A stretch of 20,000 nt of DNA from Moniliella sp. 'wahieum'. Its lineage: Eukaryota. Under the pieces are notes generated by a model. The model was not told where the DNA came from. It did not search any database and saw only the letters and a program-made list of their open reading frames with translations. The stretch covers positions 917,260 to 937,259 of the forward strand of contig RSEE01000015.1 in NCBI GenBank assembly GCA_003971905.1, in the 5' to 3' direction. Below are positions 9,249 through 17,082 of the stretch, in pieces. Numbering within the stretch: position 1 is the stretch's first letter; every line of letters starts with the position of its first letter. Position numbers and translations under genes: made by a program.

Positions 9249-12200
9249 ATGGAAACGGACACGTCCCTCTCCCCATTGTCCCCGTTAGGCAGCGTGCCCT
9301 CCTCGACCCCCCTTTCCGCCGCGAAGCAAAGCGCAAGAGCGGACCCACCACTTCCCCTTCCCCTTCTTCTGCTGTCCTCAAGAAGCCCAAACCCACTTCG
9401 AACCCCCTGGCCGATCAGTCGGTCGAGCCCGACTCGTCAACCGGCACGATCCGCCGCATGAGCGGCCGCCTCTCCACCGCCAAGGGCCGTGCGCGCAGTA
9501 CAGCCGTGCGCGTGCCCACCAAGCCCGCGTCATGGCCGCCAGCCCGCTCCCACCGGTGGAGGGGGGGCGGGGGGAAGGTCTGATGAGTCCCGCTTCTCCC
9601 TCTGGTCATCTGGGTCACTGTCACCAGCACCGCCGATTCTGTGGTCGACCAATGCTACAGTGCACGGTTGTACGCGATAACCACCAGCGCTGTCGGTTGC
9701 GGTATTGTGACTATGCGCTAAGGCCTACTATGGTCTTTCGCGCGACGCGATTGTCACGCGCGGCCGGGACCCGTCGGCGGGGGACCCGAACAAGGTTCAG
9801 CTTGGGCTGGATCCGAGCCAGATGTGCTCGGCGTCCGAGGCTGGGTTTGTTTGCTTGCCCACGGTGCACTGGGACATGCGACTGTTCGGTCTGTCGCAAC
9901 CATCGCGGCGTGCCTCCATTGGCGGCGCCTCCTTTGACGCCTACGGACAACACACACGATCTCCATTCCCATGCTCATAACTATGTGGACGGGGAGGATG
10001 CTGAGAGGAGGAAACCCTGCCGGATACCCCCGTCCGCAATGGCAAGCAAACTGCTAAAGGAAAAGCTAAGCCCAAGACTAAGGCTAAGCCTAAGAAGGCA
10101 AAGCCTCAATCGGGTACGTCCAAGTCTGCCAAGCAGACCAAACCAGTCAAGCCCAGAGCCAGGCCCAAAGTCAAGGCCAAAGCATATGCCAAGGAGGATT
10201 TGATTAGCTCGGATGAAGAGGCTTCAATCAACTTGGATGGGGACGCTTCGATCATCTTGGATGAGGACGTTTCGATGAGCTCGGATGAGGAGACTTCAAC
10301 CAGCTCGGATGAGGAGGCCCTGGCGGCCAAGATCCCGAAGAAAATGGTGGCGCCCAAGCGCAAATCGATTTCCAAATCTGCAAAGGAGAGTTTCGACCAA
10401 AGCAAAGCGAAGTGAGGACGACCATCTGATGGATGTCAATGAACAAGACATGGAAACCTCCTCTGGCTCGGAGCCACCATCGTCCCCACCCACCAGCCCA
10501 AGGAAAATCGAGGAAAACCGATGTCGTCTCTAAGGCCAAAACCGCACCCAAGAAGGCATCGGCCAAGACTAAAAAGACGACCGCTGGTAAAGGGGTCAAA
10601 TCCACAACGACCAAGGCGAAGTCCTCTGCCGCTAAGAGCAAGACGGCCGCCAAGTCTACAGACACGACCAAGGCGAACAAGAAAGCTTCGGATAAAGCGA
10701 AGGCCAAGGTTACGCCTACCAAGGATGCTAACGCAACTCCTACTAAAGGAGCCAAGGGGACGCCCACGAAGGCAATTACACCGGCCAAAGGCAGAAAATC
10801 GGCCGCCAAGGACAACTTCAACATTCGCCCCAAGCCTGTTGTTACTCCGCCGGACTTGGCGGAGGCGCCTCTTACTGAGGTGTAGGGACATCCTTGCCCG
10901 CGGCCAATCTGTTCGCTCGAATGTGGATTTACGAGGCTCTCGTTCGTTTTGATGCTGTCGCCACCCCCGCCACGATTCTCCGGCGACTCGACAGATTCGA
11001 TGACTGGGATCCGCGTATGCTCAACCTGATTCTCGAAGCGGTGACAGCTTGTCTCGCAGGCACGACGATCAAGTCGCTCCAGATTAGTGCCAAGCCGACG
11101 TTCCATGGTACGATGCAGGGTGTTATGCCCCTGGTGCGTGCGGTCCGAATCCACCACGCGCCCGACGCATCGACGCGTGGCGAGGCATGGGAAGCAGCAC
11201 GAGCGTGGCTCGAGGCGGAGCGGGTGACGATCGAGGACCTTCCTGACATTGAGCACCACTTTATCGAAGAGCCCGATGAACAGGTATCTACGCCTGCGTC
11301 CGACTTCGCTCTAGCACCAGGCACGAGCAGACGCGTCCTTACTCGTGCGGGCCGGGCCAAGCTCAACAACGTTTATATCCCTCGCAAGAGCTTGCGCGAG
11401 GCGTCGATCCACAGCGAAGATGACCTGGAAGAGGATGACGAGGACGACAAAGAGGGTGGCGAGGACGACATGGACTACGATGGTGTCCAGTCCCCAGATG
11501 CAAGCGAGGGTGAGGGTGAGGATGAAGCCACTCGATCAGAGTCAATTGTCTCTCAGACTCGCCGTGGTCGTGCTTCATGGAACAGCAAAGAAAGTCCCTC
11601 GAATGCTGACCAGACGGAGCTGAGGCGCTCCGGGCGCACCCAACGGGGCCAACCTCAATCGGGAGTGGCATCCCGCGTCCCGTCTGTTTCGGTGCCAGCT
11701 TCCCGCCAAGCCTCGGTTCTGCCCAGCAGCGCCCATGTGCCTCTCGCTCCCGGTCAGGAAGGGCCGGCTGAATCAGAGCTTTCCTCTGAATCCGCGCAAG
11801 TCACTGTGACGCCTACCCCTCCCCATCTGCACCCGTGCCCGCCCCGCCTTTCGAGCAACGCGTCGCCATTCTCGGTGCGTTGATCAACAATTTCGTTCCT
11901 CGCACAAGTGCCGTGCGCACGGATCTGATCGAGGGATGGAGCAGTGTCCTGCGTCGGAGCGAGAGGCCCGTGCGGACATGAACCGGATCAAGACGGAGCA
12001 CAAGGAGCGCATGCAGGCACTGAACGAAAAGTTGGACAGTGAGACGGTTCAGCGGTATATTGAGGAGCTGGGGCGCAAAGTACGTCTACCCACCCACTTT
12101 CCTTCTTCCTTTCCCTTTCCCTTGCTTTTTCCTGACTGTTTTCTTCACTCCAGAAATCTCGCGAGCAGCGCAACTTTGCCTGGAGCTTACTACAACGCAA

Positions 12201-13205
12201 AGTGCAACTCTACAATCGCCTCAACCGAACCAAAATGCGCTCCGGCCCGCTCGGTACCGATGTTGATGGTCGTGAGTACTGGCATTTGGCCGAGTATGTC
12301 GAATCGATGCCCAAGAATACCGAGGGCCGATGGGCGTGGGGACTTTACATTTACGGCAAACCATTCCCCCACGCTACAACCGTTGCGGAGCTCACGGCCA
12401 AGCCGGATCCAACCAAGACTGATGAGCCTAATGAGGCAAGCCAGTCCGCCCCCGAGTCTGTCGAGGCGACGTGCAGGATCGCAGCGTTGCCCAACCGTCA
12501 CCCGATCCAACCGAGACAGATGAAGCTAAGCCGCTCAATGGAGTCAAGGAGGCCAAGGCAGGGCAGATACCAGGCGACCCACGGACGAGCCCTCGCTCTC
12601 CCCGTCGCCCGAGGCACAAGTGTGGGCACAAGAAAAGTTTGTGTTGGAGCAGGAGCCGAGGGCAGATGGTCAACTGGCGTACTGGATCTAAGATGACAAA
12701 ACACATTCAGTATCGTCTTGCTTCCGTTGAAGCCGATGAGAAGCGCGCGCGTGAGCTGGCAAAGTGGCAGCGTGCCGTTCTCAAGACCGAAAATGAAGCG
12801 CTTGCTGCAGCACCGAGCAGGAAAAGCAAGACTCGAGCCAGCTTCTCTGCAGCGGGCGTACCTTTCCTTGCGCCAGGTGAGGGGGCGCGCTGGGCCGCTT
12901 CAGCGGCTGCATCAATCGTGCCTAGCCCCTCGTCGGAAGAGGCCTTGAAGGAGCATGAGGTACCTGGGCACAGCCCCTCCTTGGGGTTGCTGGACAATGA
13001 GCTGGCCACACCTTCGGCTCAGGCCAAGATTGATGCACTGGAAGAGGTTGTCCGTTTGTCTGAAACTGCTTACGAGGAGAAACGCAAAGCTCGCCGGGTT
13101 CAGGTGGAGGAGTTGTGCCAGCACCTGGACAAGGTGCTGGAATACTTTATGTTCCACCTCGGCTTTGTGGAGCGCTCAGAGGTGGAGACGGAGACAGTGA
13201 GTTAA
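9249..13205 (+). CDS. Chromatin-associated protein with zf-4CXXC_R1 (CDCA7-type) zinc finger, Lys-rich H1-like and acidic regions, and DDT-like, WHIM1-like and WSD/WHIM2-like motifs; intron 12080-12153; frameshifted
   Basis: Zinc finger at about 9619-9920: CHQHRR..C..C..YCDY(C)..YYG..FACPRCTGTCDCSVCRNHRGVPPL. LFARMWIYEALVRFD (DDT-like, near 10909-10953). PFEQRVAILGALI..TSAVRTDL (WHIM1-like, near 11845-11930). RSGPLGTDVDGREYWHL (WSD/WHIM2-like, 12238-12288). Coiled-coil-like C-terminus, stop TAA 13203-13205. The start at ATG 9249 (METDTSLSPLSP) is probable, not certain. Confidence 0.8.
10203..10322 (+). repeat. Coding minisatellite, 5 x 24 nt, encoding ISSDEEAS/INLDGDAS/IILDEDVS/MSSDEETS/TSSDEEAL
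   Basis: Units start at 10203, 10227, 10251, 10275 and 10299; consensus approximately ATC-AGC-TCG-GAT-GAG-GAG-GCT-TCG. Confidence 0.9.
12080..12153 (+). other. Spliceosomal intron in the zf-4CXXC_R1 gene
   Basis: GTACGT donor at 12080, pyrimidine-rich interior, CTGAC at 12132-12136, CAG acceptor ending at 12153. Removal joins ELGRK to KSREQRNF. Confidence 0.88.
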
Positions 13206-13440
13206 GCAACAGCTCGTCCTGAGCTTGTCATGTTTATGTCTCTCTGTGCAACTTTTGTTCTGATCAAACCGCGTCTAACATGCATCATACGATAGAGTGT
13301 GTTTTTGCAGCTTATATGGGCGGGTTCCCTACAGGAACCTCTTCGTCATATAGTCAAGATACCAACTCATATTGATAGTAGGACCAGAGGTCTTCTCTCC
13401 CACATTCCTAGTTGCTGTCCTTCTCGACGCTGCTTCATCG

Positions 13441-15127
13441 TCAAGGGTTGTGATCAAAGCGCGAGCGCATCGCTTCGATGCCCTGACCCAGCGAACCAGG
13501 ACGAAGGTTGTGAGTGTCGGAAACATGGAACTTGTTGACAAACTGCTCGGCGACCTTTTGCATGCCTTGGGATGCCTGCATCATATGGTCGTAGGCCTTG
13601 TCCTGCATGGTCTGTTCCGTGACGGGTGGCTCTAGCCCGACGCCCCAAGACAGGGCCCGCTCGGTAGGGAGGAGCGTGTTGGGGTTGCTAGCCTGTTGCC
13701 AGAGGAACCTGAGACGATTCGGGTCCTCCTTGCGCAACGACTCAAACTGGGGGGAGTTGGCAGGGTCATAATTCCCACCAACGATAACCGAATAGTGAAG
13801 GGCTTCATGCCGAGCGCTACTATTGCCCTGGAGCATGTCACTCCACACAACACCCACCAAATTCGCCCGGGTCAGACGCTCAGTGTCCACCTGGCGCACC
13901 GCTTGCGCCTCGATCGCAATCCGACTCTCGTGCTCCGTCTGCTTGGCCCAGGCGTACCGTTTGTCCTGCAGTGACTTGAGATGGTCAAGGTCAATCCCCA
14001 GCAGGCCGGAAGGGTGGTCGCGCAGGTTTGCCACCATCCAAGCCAATGTGATGTCGGACAAGCCGTGGAGGGAGTAGCCTCCGCCCACGTCGGCGTGACA
14101 ACCTTGGAACCAGGTTTGCTTTAACACCTGGGTTGGAGGCGCCGTCTTTTGCTGGTACCACAGCGTCGGCAAAAAGTCCTTGCGATCTTCATGAAGAGAG
14201 AGCGCGTGAAAGGCATTCTCTACCCCAACGCCCAGACCCGGGTCAAAGAACGAGCTCAAGTGCTCGTTGCCCAACGTCTTGAACAGTCCCGGCACCCCGA
14301 GCGCGCGACTGTGTCCCACACCCTACCACCTTGATCGGCACCACCTCCACCGTAGGAGTAGGCATGACAGGGTGGGCAGGGTTGGCTTCATGTGCGAGTG
14401 CATTGAAGGAGACAGAGGCAGGTAGACTCAAGTGCTTGAGGGACTGGCCAACTTTCTCAACAAAGGTGCCCCGAATCAGATCCGACGCCACACTGGTGAC
14501 GCCCACTGTGCTGCCATTGGGCCAACGACCAGTGATGTCATGCAGCACGTAGCACGCCTTGGCAATCGTCCATGGTTCGTCTGGCCGACGATCCATGTAG
14601 GCCTGCCACAGTTCGTGGAGCCGAATGCTCTGCGATTGGTCAACACGCCTGCAAAATCAATCACCCCCGCAATACAGCGCGCCTAAAGGCACCGCGCGAG
14701 AAGCCAAACAGGAAAATCTCGTCTCCCGGCTGATAGTTGTCGTAAATGAAGCGAATGCCCTCGAGCACTTTGTCCTCCATGCCATCCCCGTTGCTCCCTG
14801 CACAATCTTTTCCTCCAAGTTGGGCGTCGCCCCCAGCCCAGACAGGTAGTGAATGATTTGCGGGCGCACATACCCGTTCGCATCAGCCCCGATCGGCGGC
14901 AGGGAGGATGCATTGGGCCAACAGGGCCACATTGGTATACCAATCTTCTTTGGCATTCTTGGATGTGGCCACGCCGTGCTGCACCTTGGTGAACACAGTC
15001 TCCCGCGACGCCCAGGTGCCATCGCACAAGACGACAAGACGAATGGGACCGCGCCGCGGCCGATTCGGGCAGAAGGAGTGCCTGGACCCGGAGGCGGATA
15101 GTTGATGGAAGGACCGGGCTGGGACAT
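13441..15127 (-). CDS. DUF2235 / Tle1-like alpha/beta hydrolase (putative phospholipase catalytic domain); frameshifted
   Basis: Family motifs in order on the minus strand: RLVVLCDGTW, YTNVALLA, QIIHYLSGLG, IYDNYQPGDEIFLFGFSRGAF (GFSRG at 14705-14691), IKVVG(V)WDTV(G)ALGVPG, AFHALSLHEDRKDFLPTLW, LKQTWFQGCHADVGGGY, LSDITLAWMV. ATG at 15127 (MSQPGPSINY); stop TGA at 13443-13441. Confidence 0.92.
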
Positions 15128-16583
15128 TGGTTTGATCGAGGGGGTGGTGGGGTGGCAACAATGGTAGTTGATGGAGAGCACCAAAAGAATAGGAGACGCT
15201 AGTGGGCATACTAAATAGTTGTGTGGAGCGCCACATATATATATCCGGTGGGAGCAACTTGTGGAGCCTCCGGGGACTTGCCGAAGCGAGTTTCGTGTGA
15301 CAGGTCAAGCGTCTGCTTCGGTGGTGGGATCACGCGCACGCGTGAAAGGACGGGGCGTTGTGAGCGACAGCAAAGCCCGTCGCCTTCTTCCTTTGCTGCC
15401 AAAAAGCAGATTATGTACATGTGCGTACCACTGTCTGAACCTTGGGGTCCTTTTCCTCTCCGGGGGCGCGCTGCCCTCGCCCCCCCCACGCCCTCAAAAG
15501 GTCACGCGCGCCGTGCCCGCTTGGGAAAGAACCATGACCCATGATTGTGCGTCAGCTGACACGTTCTCCCCCCCATGTTCCTCCGATATATTACCCCTGA
15601 GCCTGATGCCTGGGTCTGACATGATGTAGCTTAGCCAGGAGTATAGTCGAGCGATACAAGGCAGCGCCATATGAAGCTTGAAGCTTTTCATTCGATCGTC
15701 TCCACATTGATGGCAATCATGCAATGCATCTGATCATGCACCTGATCTGGTACGGATTGGCTAATCGCGCTGATCTAGCTAGTTCCCACCGCTCCCCCTC
15801 CACCGGGAGAGGGCCGCAGCAAAGACGCAGCTACCCAGTCAGCCACAGATCGAAAAGCGCACAACGCGCACGCTCCTGCGGCCACTTTCATATAACCCAA
15901 GGCCCTGGACAAGCAGGGTTGCATTTGGTTTGGGCGTCACGCGTCACGCATCACATACCATGTCATTAATGCCATTAATGCCATTTCGGCTCCCCTTACC
16001 GTGGGCCTCCGGTGGGCGCTGGGCACTCGCCCCGGGTTCACCATCCGATGGCCGGCAGCACCCACGTTTGTCCCCACACCGTGTCTCCCACGGTCCACGC
16101 GCTTCGGTTGAACGTTGACATGCATGTGGCATTTGAAGCTGAAGTTCAAGCTTGAAGGCACGGGCGAGCGGTGCCGGTGCCGCGATGACGGGGCCGTCCA
16201 ATAATGCATGCGGATGCGTTACTGTCATCTGCTGGCACCAGCACCACTGCTCCGTTCTCTGTCCTGCTCGTAGGAAACCTGTGTGATGCATGACGTATGT
16301 GGTGGTTCGCACGCTCAGTAACGTTCTTGTCGTCGTTGGCAACCAAAATGCGCCTGCTACGTTGCCCGCTTCTCTCCTCCGCACAGAAGTCGGGGCAACG
16401 TCAGATCTCTGAAAGGACGCACGCAGCTGCGAGCTTTTATACCCCAGCCACCGCTCTCCCAGCACGGCACGCGTTACGCGTCACACACATGCACACCGCA
16501 CTCTATAGATAAAAAGATAGGCACAACAAGCGAGGCAGACAGAGGGGAAGATACAAGTGAAGCCCAAAAGACTTCTATAGGCT

Positions 16584-16635
16584 CCTCAAGCACCAAGCAC
16601 CAAACTCCAAGCTCCAAGCTTCTAGCTTCAAGCTT
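16584..16635. repeat. Degenerate heptamer tandem repeat, about 7 x C(A/T)CCAAG
   Basis: cctcaag caccaag caccaaa ctccaag ctccaag cttctag cttcaag ctt. Confidence 0.8.
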
Positions 16636-16818
16636 CCGGGCGGCCGCGAACCAAGCGCAGCAAGCCCAATACGACGCCCCATTCCCCTGGAAAAGGCGCT
16701 GCGCGTTGCGTGTTGCGCGTTACCGGGCGTGCATGGCCCCCTCCCCCCTCCCGCTCCAAACAAAGACCAAGACATATCCATCAAGCTTCAAGGGTATCGG
16801 GCCGGACGAAGGGACGAG

Positions 16819-16996
16819 CGAACGAACGAACGAACGAAGAACAACCGAGCAGGCGCTCCAAAAACAAAGGAAGGAAAGGCAAGAGGCACAGCACAGCACA
16901 GCAGACATAGCATGGATAGACAGAGCAAAGCGGTGGAAAAGCGACACGGGTCGTACGAGGGGAAAAAGCAAGCTCAGACGCGAGACGCGAGACGGC
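16819..16996. repeat. Cluster of short simple repeats downstream of the minus-strand gene (probable 3' UTR)
   Basis: (GAAC)4 near 16820-16836, (GCACA)3 near 16886-16900, and about 3 copies of AGACGCG near 16976-16994. Confidence 0.7.
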
Positions 16997-17082
16997 AAGC
17001 AGATAACGGCAAGCGGAAAACGGCAAACGGGGGATGGGAGCAGAGGAGACTTGGGAGAGGAGACCTGTGACCCGCCAAGTTC

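Noticed and set aside
9703..9735. Apparent loss of a zinc-ligand Cys (YCDYAL instead of YCxxC) in the zf-4CXXC_R1 finger
   Set aside because: A frameshift is required here anyway, and inserting one T gives GAC-TAT-TGC-GCT-AAG-GCC-TAC-TAT-GGT (DYCAKAYYG), which restores the CxxC. Probably an artefact.
10203..10322. 24-nt repeats as a CRISPR-like array
   Set aside because: Units are contiguous with no spacers, lie in frame within a eukaryotic gene, and no cas genes are present.
10878..10895. TAG at 10883-10885 as the end of a separate H1-like gene
   Set aside because: One added base gives continuous EV(V)GTSLPAANLFARMW, and no intergenic space or ATG separates the two ORFs, so a single gene is more likely.
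10252..11259. 335-aa minus-strand ORF with a hydrophobic, membrane-protein-like stretch
   Set aside because: It is the antisense shadow of the Lys-rich (AAG) coding region on the plus strand.
13441..15127. Bacterial T6SS effector island or recent horizontal transfer
   Set aside because: DUF2235 is common in fungi, there are no T6SS or immunity genes nearby, and composition matches the flanking genes.
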